NCBI GenBank assembly: GCA_964035545.1 | Contig: CAXIUT010000175.1 | Coordinates: 1-16,514, forward strand | Direction of reading: 5' to 3' | Length of the DNA stretch: 16,514 nucleotides | Origin: Bugula neritina | Taxonomy: Eukaryota > Animalia > Bryozoa | Shown here: piece by piece, positions 1-10,347 of the stretch | Numbering within the stretch: the first letter of the stretch is position 1 | Layout of the letters: each line of letters begins with the position of its first letter | Made by a program: the position numbers and the translations under genes | The notes under the pieces: generated by a model | The model's database searches: none | What the model was told of the DNA's origin: nothing | The model's input: the letters and a program-made list of their open reading frames with translations, nothing else

Positions 1-81
1 CCCAACCCCAACCCCAACCCCAACCCCAACCCCAACCCCAACCCCAACCCCAACCCCAACCCCAACCCCAACCCCAACCCC
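1..81. repeat. Left telomere, (CCCCAA)n
   Basis: Perfect C4A2 hexamer array from base 1, C-rich strand at the 5' end as expected for a left chromosome end; same repeat unit as Tetrahymena. Confidence 0.97.
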
Positions 82-195
82 TTCATTCATTCATTTATCC
101 TATTCAAAAATAATTTGATAGAATAATAAAAATTAACATATAAAATATTTAATATTGATAGAGTAGATGGTAGATTTAAGGATAAATGATCTTAA

Positions 196-906
196 TCAAT
201 AGATATCTTTCGTCATAACTGAATAGAAATCTTCAAAGGATATTTTACCATCTTTATTAGAATCTGATTTCTACAACATCAACAGCATAGTTTCTTAGTC
301 TAAATTCTCCTTCACATGACTATTTATCTCCTTGAAATCATCAATCGTCAAAAAGTTCTTACAATCCCTATCATATTTCTTGAATATCGCTGCTACCTAC
401 TTCTTACACGATGTCTTGCATGGTTTACAAGTCATTGCCTTCATAAACTCAGTAAAACATACACCTCCAGTCTACTCTGCATCAAATTCAGCTACTATCT
501 CATACGTTGTTTTTCTATTCGGCTAGAATCCGTTCTGGCAAAGCAGCAGTTTAATATCGTTTGGGAGAAGTACTCCCATACCAGTCGAATCGTAAGCATC
601 GAATACCTACTTAAGGTCAATGACATCCTGGTAAGTCAAATTACCAGCTACATAGAGACTAGGTTCGAACTATCTAAGATCTTTTCTTTGGAAACGAACT
701 CCATAGACATCTTGTCGATTGATTTTGGATTGACTTTTATCTGGACTATATCCAAATTTCTGAGTTGAATTTCTGGGTTACTTTCTTTCTTATTTTTAAA
801 AGACCCTCCGCTTTTCTACTTGTTCCTCACCTAACGCATCGACATCAATAAAAAAAGAGTTAATTATATACTGCGGATATGCTATTTGAAATAAAAATTA
901 ACCCAT
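196..906 (-). CDS. Centrin/caltractin-like four-EF-hand protein (ciliate ICL/spasmin-type candidate)
   Basis: With TAR=Glu it reads ...REFEPSLYVAGNLTYQDVIDLKEVFDAYDSTGMGVLLPND...FDAEETGGVCFTEFMKAMT...FKKYDRDCKNFLTIDD...KSDSNKDGKISFEDFYSVMTKDIY, stop TGA at 196-198. The only upstream in-frame ATG is at 906, so the start is uncertain; an in-frame 21-nt intron may follow it. Confidence 0.85.
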
Positions 907-938
907 TTATAATACCGATTATAATCATTGTTGACCAA

Positions 939-2222
939 ATGATCGTTCCATAATTTAAACTCAAACAGACATAACTTCATATCATCATCTTCATAAGAGT
1001 GCCCTACATCAAAGTCAATGCCTGCTAGTTCCATATCGATAACAATACATTCAAGTTCTATCTCAAACCATATCTTTTGTCACTTTCTTTCGAACAATCT
1101 CTCAAATAAATGGAATAACCAGATAAAGCTATCTACTATCATGATAAGTATATCCTTGAAGTGCAACTACTCAAGCAGACTATGGGATAAGAATTTAGTA
1201 ATTTGGAGATGATTAGCAGTCTTCTCAACAACAAAAAAAAGAAAAAGAAAGCTGTATCGGTTGAAGTAGTTGGATAGCTTCCTAAAGTACTGGTTTAGTA
1301 ATAAAATACATAATACAACAGTTATCACTATGGATTTTCAATGAATTATTCCAATGTATTGGATAATTTAGACTAGTAAACAGCTTAGCTATTCGCTTTC
1401 AACCCCAAGAACACCCCTTTGAATCAGCGCTACCTTCTCAGCAAATAAATTATCATAAAATAATTTGACTACGATCGCTATCTCTTCGATAAATACTAAA
1501 ATTAGTAAGAAATAAACTAAATAGTTTTATGTAAATAGTATATCAAATACATTTAGTTTAAAATAAAACAGTATGAAGATAAATAGATAAACCATCACTA
1601 GCATAAATTGAAGCTGTCAAATAAATAGCTTCTTATATCAAAAAAGACAAAAAACAATATCTTTAAAGAACTATTTTCAATTATTTTTAGTTATGTGCAT
1701 TAACTGATTTGCATGGGTGGGTAGATGGGCATCGAATCTGCTAAAACTATCAACAACACCTCACTCATCTTTAGCTGCAATGCTTACTACCATGATATGA
1801 CAGTCAAATAAATGTTAGTTGATTGCTATAGGAGGTGTATGAGCTATTCTCTCTATAGGTCTCTTTCTATAACCTACTAAACTACATGTTTTATCAATAA
1901 ATATATTGATATCAATTTCATTGTGGTGATTCTTCTTGAAATAAGACAACTTTTTTAAGACAACTAGCCTCGATATCTTTTGAATAAATTATTTTTGGAT
2001 GACTATTTAGTTTATTTATTTTCTAATTATGATTTAAAAGTAGAACTTAAACAATTGTGTAACTAACTGATAAACATTTAAATAAAGTAATAAGATCTAT
2101 AACTACAAATACATTAATACTAAAACATGCAAGAAGACTAACCTAGGCCTGAAATGAACGAGACTGAGGGAGATTCCAAGTAGTTAATAAAAGAATTTTC
2201 AAAAATGTAGATGCTTGATTGA
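939..2222 (+). CDS. SHQ1: SHQ1, H/ACA ribonucleoprotein assembly chaperone (427 aa, intronless)
   Basis: Uninterrupted ATG..TGA frame. N-terminal CS domain MIVPEFKLKQ..IRVPYIK..FKFYLKPYLLSLSF; SHQ1-domain motifs FSYVHE..GGEMGIESA, YRRCMSYSLYRS and PRYLLNKLFLDDY. Confidence 0.92.
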
Positions 2223-2246
2223 TAAATAAAATATCTGATCAATATA

Positions 2247-2642
2247 TCATTCTTCTTTCTTTATCGATTTTGATGAACTCAAAAACTACTCTAGCATTAT
2301 GCAGGCCAATTCCACCGATACAACTCGTCCTCCGATTGCCATCGCATTGAAATATTTTCCACATTCAGCAGCTGTGTATTAGTCATAGACAGTTGCACAG
2401 GGCATGTTGCATTTGTTAGCAGCGATGCCGATGCCGATTCCTGAACCACAGACCAAGATGGCTCTGTCTTCGGGTTTTATCATTTGTGAAATTCTGTGGG
2501 CGAAAACAGGGTAATGACAGGAGACCTTCTGATCTGTGCCAACGTCAATGACTTCATACTTCCCGCTTTTACTGAGATATTCTCTGAGAGAGATTTTAAG
2601 AGCATATCCAGCATGGTCAGAACCTATAAAAATTTTAAGCAT
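2247..2642 (-). CDS. rpiB: Ribose-5-phosphate isomerase B (RpiB/LacAB family), 131 aa, intronless, short C-terminus
   Basis: Motifs IGSDHAGYALK, DVGT, YP, LVCGSGIGIGIAANK. Reads through TAA at 2379-2381 (VYD-E-YTA) to NAMAIGGRVVSVELA..FLSS and TGA at 2247-2249. Confidence 0.9.
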
Positions 2643-2835
2643 GTAATAATTATTACCTAAACATTCTTCTATACTCCCATTTAAAGGAAGTATAACCAGT
2701 TGAAATACTTAAGAAATAATGTAGATAGTTTTTACAAGATAGAAAAATAATATTTCGAACAAACTCTTACAATCAGTACACATTGATCATTTATTGAAGT
2801 AAAATAAAATATGATTATTAATATTAGAATAAATA

Positions 2836-4641
2836 TCAATCATTGTTTTACAATATTTTTTAGAAAGTCAATTTTTATTTAGTATTTATTCTAATACTAT
2901 TTTCTTACCAAAACTTCTTTCTTCGCATTATAACCGATTGCAACTGCATCCCCAGGTACACCTTTCGAGCATTATTAAATAACAACTACAACTACTATAC
3001 ATCTTTGCTCATCTTGATTAAAGATCCATATGGATTTTTTTTAGTACTCCAAGGACAGGCTCCACGTTGAAATAGAGATTGAACCATATCTACACTCCCT
3101 TTACTGATGGCATAGTAAAGAGCAGTATGACCATTCTGACAAAATAAATCAGGATTCACTCCTAATTCTAAAATTTTATTGACTATTTATTCTTGGTTGT
3201 AGTAGCAGGCATAAATAAGAGGAGTTTTTCCTTTAAACTAGCACTAATAGACATATTTAAGATTGTTTTATATAAAGACATTTACTCCTTTGAGGTCACC
3301 TGCTTTGATGCATTTGAAAAAAGCATAAGAACCTTAAAGTTAATATGGATCTTTATCATTTCTAAAAGCCTAAAATATATTATCCTTTGACACTCCATAA
3401 ATATAAGACAAAGCAGCCCATTTAACCAATGTTTTCTTGAGCAATTGAAATCGATATTTAGTTTTATTTAAGACACCGCCTCTATCAGTGATTTATTTAT
3501 CTTTTCTTTCAACAAAAGAAAACTCTTATACTTGGAAATCAGATATTTCTGAATGATTGTCTTCTTTTTTTTATCCTTTTACTGTCTAGAACTGTCTGAT
3601 AGGTGATGATTCTCCTGGACTGACTGTTTGATATGCAAATTATTTTCTTTTATTTAGTCTGTGGTGTTTATGTTGCATCATTTATTCATAGAAGTTTTTA
3701 CTAAGCTTTGCTATATCTTCTAAAGACTAAATATTATGCATATTTTGATTGATATTTTTCTGTTGGTATAACTTAGCCATATTGCTAATTATTCCGACCA
3801 TTTGCTTTTAAGAATTGTGTTATAATTAATGAGAAGGTCCTATTTTCAAAACATCATTGGTCTATTCTAACTTGTTCTTGTAATCATGCATCTTTACTAT
3901 CAAATCCTTTAGATTTCTATGGGCTGATGTTTATTGGTAGGGATTGGTGAGTGAGATAGATTTAGGACGGTGAGGAGATTAAAGTTGAAGTGATTTTCGT
4001 TAGAATGCAGATGTTCTGGATAGACTGCTGACATCTGGTCCAAATACTTTATCATATGCTTATTTTTTTAGAACTTTAGATCGTTTTTCAATATGAGATT
4101 GTGTTCCTCTTCTGAAGTTACAGCTATCATAGGGTGTAAAGAGTTATTTGGGTCCACTTTTATATTTATCTTTAAGTTATCTATTTTTATCATTGATATG
4201 AAAATTATTTTCTACTTTATCAAAGGAATTCATCATAGCAGGTTCTATTTAATTATCAAATGAATGTTTTAAACTTATTTTAGTCTTATTTTTTAGTTAC
4301 AACTGCATCTGCTTCATCTAAAATATTCTTCTGGGATGGATAAATTATTGTTCCACCTTCATCATCTCCCCAATCCTTCCTTTTGATTAAGAAATACGAT
4401 CTTTAAAAAAGTTTTTTAAATTATGTTTGTTATCTTAGATATAGTTGTGGTGATTGGGAAGTGATTGACCTCGACATTGCAAGATGTCTTGAGGATATCC
4501 AGAATCATTATTTAGTTTTGTTAAAATGGGTTTGTTCTTGTATTGACATTGATATTTTTAGTAACTGCTGTGTGCCTTTGGACGGGGTTTTGGCTTTTAG
4601 TCAGATTTTTTGACTTTCATTCGCTTTACCTTCAATTGCAT
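2836..4641 (-). CDS. Ankyrin-repeat protein (~601 aa; low-complexity N-terminus, C-terminal ankyrin repeats)
   Basis: Single TGA-free frame 4641->2836 containing FFKCIKAGDLKGV, KGKTPLIYACYYNQEEIVNKILELGVNPD and NGHTALYYAISKGSVDMVQSLFQRGACPWS. Confidence 0.85.
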
Positions 4642-4666
4642 TATTAAAATTATTTATATCAAAGTA

Positions 4667-6547
4667 TCAAGTTAAGTTCTCCTTCTTCTTGAAAGTAGAT
4701 GCTCCAACCTGTCCCACAGGCATGTTACTTATCCTATTACGACGATCCTGTTCTTCTCTTTATTCTTTTTCTTTTTTAGATTTGATCTAATTTATTATTC
4801 CCATTCCACGTTCATTATCTTTATCTTTGAGCATTCCTTCGATAATAGTAATGATAGATTTCTTGATGATGGCTACTTTTCTGTTGTCAAGTACATGCAT
4901 ATTATAATTCATGAAGAAGCGATCAAATTTAATATTCCAGATATCTTTTTAATTTCCACAGAAAACAAGACTAAATTTATAAACTCCTTCTTCATTCCAT
5001 TGCATTTTCTCTTCCGATAGATCTGATAGTTCTGATTATCCCAATAGTTCCATTTGTTTGTTAAATTAATCACATCTGAAGAAAAGAAGTAAAAGAGCAT
5101 TTAGATTGTTCTACGATACTGTTTTAGCTAGCTAATTTTCAGTATATTTTATTTTATCATTGATTTATTTTATTTTATTGAGGTAGTATTATTTGATAGC
5201 ATTAGTTATTTTATTTTGACTGTTAGTCTTTATACTTAACTTTTCTGTTTTAGTTATGAGTTCTTTCATGTTAGATATAAATATTAAGAGTTATTATTTG
5301 TATTTTTTCATATTTTTGTCAACAGAGACATTTGTAGTAAAATATTTTGATAACTATTTTGGTATGTTATCGTTATTTTTGTTTTTATTGTTGAGATTGC
5401 GAGTGGGATCGCATAAATTGAAAAGATATGATATTAGTTATCGGTAGTAGTTGTTCCAGAGGTTGAGGAAGTTTTATTTGAGAGATACTTTTGGAGCATG
5501 TTCATAGTGTTGAAGTATTATTTTATGAAGTTCATCCAAAATGTATATAAATTATTTAGAAGAAAGCAATTTTTAGTATAACTCGCTAAATATCATATAA
5601 AGTACTATCTGAAGGAGATGATTTGAGTGGAATTGCTAACAATAAAAGTTTCCGAGAGATGTATTTATATTTATTTTAAATTTTTGCAAAAGATCTATGC
5701 TAATCTGTTTACTTAATCTTTATTTCTTTTTTTTAATCTATCAATTCATAGACATCATAAAAAAATTTACTTATCTTCTCTTACTCCCTCACTCTTCTTG
5801 AACTGCGATTGAGGGAAAATAGTTTGCATTTGAAGACGATTTATAAAATATGACTGGAAAGGATTTCATTTTGTTTTGTTGATAAAAATGAAGCAATCAA
5901 ATGAAGTAGGCTACCTTACTATAATTCATTGATATTTTAGACAAGTTATTGTTGTTATTTTTGTTTTAGATTTTATAGATATACTTTTAGACAAGATATA
6001 GCTTCAGATATCCATTTCTAATTTATTTTTTGAGTTATCAATTGCAATTATAGGTTCTATAGGATTTGTAGTTTTAGATGTGGAAGATATAGTAGCTCAT
6101 TTTCAGTTAGTTGTTGTATGTTGTCAGTATTAGCTAGTTCCATTGCTTGAGAGTATTTCTTCTTGAAGATGGTTTATTCTATACTACTGATGATATTTTA
6201 TCTCTTTTTTACTAGAATTTCTTTATTTAGTCCGTTTTGGTGAAAAACATGACTGATGTTTTGTTCTATGTCTTGGATTTGATGTGTAAAATTTTGTATA
6301 TTAGTTAGTAAATTTGAACAATCAATAAGATTTTAGTATTTTTAAGTGAGAGTTATTCTTAAATTGCTGGTATTTTTTTTAATTTGTTACCTTTATCAGT
6401 AAACAACTACTGTAATAATCCATAGAGGTGATAAGCTTTGTCGAGAGAATGTTAGTTAAGCATGCGATCGACTGCTCTGATGGGTTTGAGGGTGATGAAT
6501 TCTGATAATATTTTTTATTACTATTCTAGTTTTGTTTTGGAAGTCAT
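4667..6547 (-). CDS. Vps51/COG1-like tethering-complex subunit (N-terminal Vps51-type coiled coil)
   Basis: ATG at 6547. Removing a 20-nt GT-AG intron (6391-6410) gives VDRMLNEHSLDKAYHLYGLLQEQIKKNTSNLRITLTEKYENLIDCS, matching the spacing of the Vps51/COG1 N-terminal motif. Long helical frames continue to TGA 4667-4669, with one unresolved frame change near 5530-5755. Confidence 0.55.
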
Positions 6548-6590
6548 GATATATAAATAATAGGAGGGTTATAATTTGATTGAATTAATA

Positions 6591-7379
6591 ATGTCCCGAA
6601 CAGAAGATAAATAAATTCCTTCTTAACAACTTCATAAAATACATAGGAACACAATTCAGTTCAACCAAGTGATCATTTCTAATCTCTCATGCAGGAAGGC
6701 AAAGAGGTTCTTGATAATATTCATATGAACTCGAACAATCTCATTGATGGTTTTTCGCAAAAACAGTAAAAAAAAGAGACTCAGCCTGTAATAGTGGTTT
6801 CTAGAATAAAGAGTAATGAAAGGAGATAGAAAATGGAGAGTGAAGAAGAAGATATCTAGAAATCAAGATCTTATGATTCAAAAAATGGAAACTAGATTGA
6901 GTCTAAAAATTAAGGATAGCATCATCTCAACATGTCCAAAAAGTCATCCAAAATATTCATAGGATGTAATTGCATTAAATCAAAGTGTACTAAAAATTAT
7001 TGTTAGTGTTTTACTCAAGGTTCATTTTTATCTATTCAGGAAGGAAATGCGGGTAGATTTGTAAGTGTACTGGTTGTGAGAACCAGGGAGAATTAGACAA
7101 AAAGTATCGTAACTTTTTTAAGGAGATTAGATATAGAGAATTTGCAACTGCAAGAAATCAAATTGTTTGAAGAAATACTGTGAATGTTTTAACAGTGGAG
7201 TCAAATGCAATTCTAGTTGCAAATGTGAAGAATGCAAAAATTCAGCTGAAGATGTTTAGATGGATGAAGGTAAGAATGAAGGTATGTAGAGGGAGAATAA
7301 GGAAAGGAGGAAAAGAAGGTCAGATCTTTAGAGGAAATAGAAGAGATTCATCGTAAAATAGATTAGATAGCCAAGTTGA
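6591..7379 (+). CDS. Tesmin/TSO1-like CXC (CRC) domain protein
   Basis: Two CXC repeats: [33 protein letters not shown] and [33 protein letters not shown]. Introns at 6669-6694 and 7020-7039; a frame break between the repeats (~7099-7125); TGA at 7377-7379. Confidence 0.9.
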
Positions 7380-7501
7380 TACCACAAGATAACCAATAAT
7401 ATGTGCTTTCTTTTCTGGAGTATTGGCTATCATGATCTTAATTACTTACTAATATTATCAAATAAGGTTTAAAGCTAAAGTAAACTATCAGAAGTAACCT
7501 A

Positions 7502-7876
7502 TCAGATTCCAAGTTTAGTTAGCATTCGAGAAAAACATTAACTCTATTCTTGCTAGGCCTTCTCAAATAGTTTTTATCTTGTCTAATTTACCTTTCCTCT
7601 CTGTTTGACTTCAGTTGTTTTTACTCTTCTAAATTGTCCTGATTTTTAATCTTCAGCCATAAATCTTGATTAGTTGTCTTTAATCTGATATTCTTTGGCA
7701 GGAGTTCTTTTTCCGATGGAGGTGTATGTACCTGAGTGAGCTTGATGGCTGGTGGTTGAACTTTTGTAGGTGAGTCCTCTGAAGACGTTTTTGAATCCGT
7801 CTGTGCGTAGGAGGATGGTATTGATTGATGCTGATTATAGTTTTTTCTGAGAAGTGGTGCCAGAGGTGACGATCAT
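7502..7876 (-). CDS. Hypothetical protein (~124 aa; upstream in-frame ATG at 7969 also possible)
   Basis: MIVTSGTTSQKKLESASINTILLRTDGFKNVFRGLTYKSS...ECFSRMLTKLGI-TGA. This frame was chosen for strong C-ending codon bias (TTC, AAC, GTC, CTC, ACC, TAC). No family recognised. Confidence 0.55.
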
Positions 7877-7995
7877 AAGTTTTCTATTAAAAAGAATAAA
7901 GAAATAAGGAAATAAAGGTTATAAAGGCTCTTAAAAGGGATAAAAGAAGATATTATTCAATACCTTCATATTGTAAATAATAAATATTATTTTTT

Positions 7996-8125
7996 GAGTA
8001 TAAGAGGCCATACTACAAGTGTATTCATGAAGGAATAACTTGCCCTGAAATGGCGTCAAAGTTGATATCTGCTTCTTTTTATCATTTATAGCTACAACTA
8101 ATGCTATAAATATAAGAGAGGCAAT
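7996..8125 (-). ncRNA. Candidate box H/ACA snoRNA (hairpin-H-hairpin-AUA)
   Basis: Two hairpins, each with an internal loop. H box AUAUCA (8068-8063) lies 15 nt below upper stem 1; AUA box (8001-7999) lies 14 nt below upper stem 2; length about 130 nt. Folded by eye. Confidence 0.6.
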
Positions 8126-8190
8126 ACGATTGGATTGTTATTTTAGTCAAACTCTAATAAATATTTATAACTTCTATTCAAAATCACCAG

Positions 8191-9041
8191 ATGTATTTTG
8201 AAAAGAATAGTCATTATGGAAAACAAACCTTCTGGTAAAAAAGATATGCCTAGTACTGTTGAACTTATCTAGAAACTGTACAGAATTTGATTGGTACCAG
8301 AACTGGTTCAACCTCAGAGACATTGTTTCGCAATATATCAAATATGACAGTAAAATTCTCAACGTAGGAGCAGGTATCTATCTATTTAATTAAGGAAATT
8401 CAACTCTTAGTGAAGAAATGTATGCGGAAGGATACAAGAATATTACTAATATTGATTTTTCAGAAATAGTTGTCGAAGATATGCAACTTAAATACAAAAA
8501 CAATTCATACTAAGAATCACTTAAATGTTATTTTTATTGATATTTAGATCAGTTTGGAGATGTTAGAAAGATGTCTGACTTCTAAAATTAGAGTTTCGAT
8601 TGTGTTATCGATAAGGGAATGCTAGATTCTATCTTGGTATTGATTTTTATAGCTAGTGCGGAACTTATTCTAAACAGAACTCCAAAAAATGCTTAGAGAA
8701 ATATCAAGAGTCTTGAAACCCAAAGGAGTCTATATTTGCATATCATATGGAGATCCAGACATCAGAAATCACTATTTCTAAGACAAGAGTGAAAAATATG
8801 AGTGGGGGAGAAAGAATCAATGGCCTTATAAAATATTTAAGCCTACGATTGAACAATCTTAAAAAGAGGTGATTTTCAGTGACAAAGACAAATAGAAAAA
8901 TAAAGATTACTATCACTATATCTATGTTTTGGGAAAGGTAAATTCAACTATATCAAGGGATAATAGGCTTTCATGTTGCCTATATAGGGACAATCGAAGT
9001 CATCCAATGCTGTCATTACAAGCGTCAATGCTGTTAAATGA
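8191..9041 (+). CDS. Class I SAM-dependent protein-lysine methyltransferase, EEF1AKMT4/METTL13 N-terminal-like
   Basis: Motifs YGKQTFWEKRY, FDWYQ, ILNVGAGNSTLSEEMY, NIDFS, FDCVIDKGMLDSILCG, MLREISRVLKPKGVYICISYG, HYIYV. Introns at 8253-8272, 8374-8394, 8527-8547, 8637-8656 and 8938-8957. One base appears missing in the A6 run at 8684-8689. Confidence 0.9.
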
Positions 9042-9110
9042 TTATCAACGTTAATTTGTTATTTATTGATATAGCTATAGATTTGCCATGTTGATTTTTG
9101 GATTAATAAA

Positions 9111-10293
9111 ATGTCGTAAAAGAAATACACGTTTATAGTATAAACAATTACCCATATAAAACCAGATAACAAACAGTACTACTTCACCTACTTCATGCCT
9201 GCGCAACAAATATAAATGGTACCTTAGAGATGATATAGTACGACATCAAAAATAACAAAATATTTCTAAAAAAATTATATGAGCCTTTGATTAAAGTAAA
9301 TGATCTCTACATTGGTAATACAGTTATTTGCAATAAAAACTAACTTAAAATTATATCATATGGAGATTCTTTTACCAGGAAGTAACTTGGAGGATAAGAC
9401 GTTTCTAATAAGTAAATTTAAAGGTAAATAGAACTTTGGCAGTGATAAAACCTCATGTTTACAAACAGATAGGTAAAATTATATCAGCTATTGAAAGATA
9501 GTTCGATATAGCTAAAATCAAAATATTCAAATTCAACTAATAAACAGCTAGAATGTTTTATCAATAGCATCAAGGAAAAGTTTTTTATGTTGATCTTATC
9601 GATTCTGTCAAATCTGGTACCTGTCTAGGCTTATAACTCAACTCAGACAATGCTATAAGCAAATGGAGACGACTTATGGGCCCATCAAAACCAAAAATAG
9701 CACAGGGATAAGCTCCCAATTCTCTAAGAGCAATTTACGGTCAAGATGATATCAAAAATGTCTGCCATGGTAGTGATTCTTTAGAATACGCATAAAAAGA
9801 GTTGAATTTTATATTTTCTCCATAATCCAAAATAAAAGTACATATCTTATTAACTCAGTCGACTCCTTACTACAATAGTTGTACATTGTGTATAATAAAA
9901 CCTCATGCGATAAAAGACAAAAAGATAGGATAAATAATTCATGCAATATTATAATCTGGTTTTTAAATTAGTGCAATGGAAATGGTTATATTTAGTTATC
10001 CTCTTGCTTGTTAATTTTATTAGGCTTATAAATTTTTACCTTAACAAAAAAAAGTAATCGATCAGCTAGCATCTGGTCCTTCTATCGTTATGGAAATTAG
10101 ACAGGATAATGTGGTTGATAAGTTTAGAAAACTATGTGGTCCTCATGATCCAGAAATAGGTAGAAAACTTTAACCTAACACTTTGAGATCTCGATTTGGG
10201 GTTGATCGAGTGATGAATGGAGTGCATTGCACTGATTTGTCTTAAGATGGAAAGACAGAAGTTCAATTTGTGTTTAATAGATTACTTCAATGA
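9111..10293 (+). CDS. NME7: Nucleoside diphosphate kinase 7 (DM10 domain plus two NDK domains)
   Basis: DM10: KYTFIVE..IEMYDIKNNKIFLKK. NDK-A: TLAVIKPH..WRRLMGP..SLRAIYG..NVCHGSDS. NDK-B: TLCIIKPH..FRKLCGPHDPE..NGVHCTDLSEDG. Introns at 9219-9238, 9412-9431 and 9838-9858. Confidence 0.95.
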
Positions 10294-10347
10294 TGATATT
10301 TATGATATGATAAGAGATTTAAGTTTAAATATTTAAAATAAGGTAAG

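Noticed and set aside
316-768. Track ORFs on + (316-768, 332-526, 1018-1212, 3193-3390, 5256-5447, 12998-13267) and on - (4909-5100, 8174-8362, 10852-11088)
   Set aside because: They are antisense or off-frame shadows of real genes, produced by applying the standard code.
2643-2835. 14-bp palindrome GTAATAATTATTAC and weak hairpins upstream of rpiB
   Set aside because: Nearly all A/T with no convincing C/D or H/ACA boxes; compatible with chance.
5530-5755. Euplotes-type +1 frameshift at AAA-TAR in the Vps51/COG1-like gene
   Set aside because: That mechanism depends on TAR acting as a stop, whereas here it is Glu. An indel or an atypical intron explains the break.
7388-7433. SECIS-like element (AUGA followed by a stem and A-rich loop, minus strand)
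   Set aside because: The 3' GA of the quartet is absent and the upstream gene has no in-frame Sec candidate.
7381-7872. Second long open frame overlapping the unknown gene on the minus strand
   Set aside because: It has no ATG or usable splice acceptor, and long open frames arise readily when TGA is the only stop.
8010-8042. U1- or U2-like fragments (ATACTAC, CAAGTGTA, TCATGAAGG)
   Set aside because: There is no intact ACUUACCUG, branch-recognition context or Sm site; the H/ACA fold on the opposite strand explains the region better.
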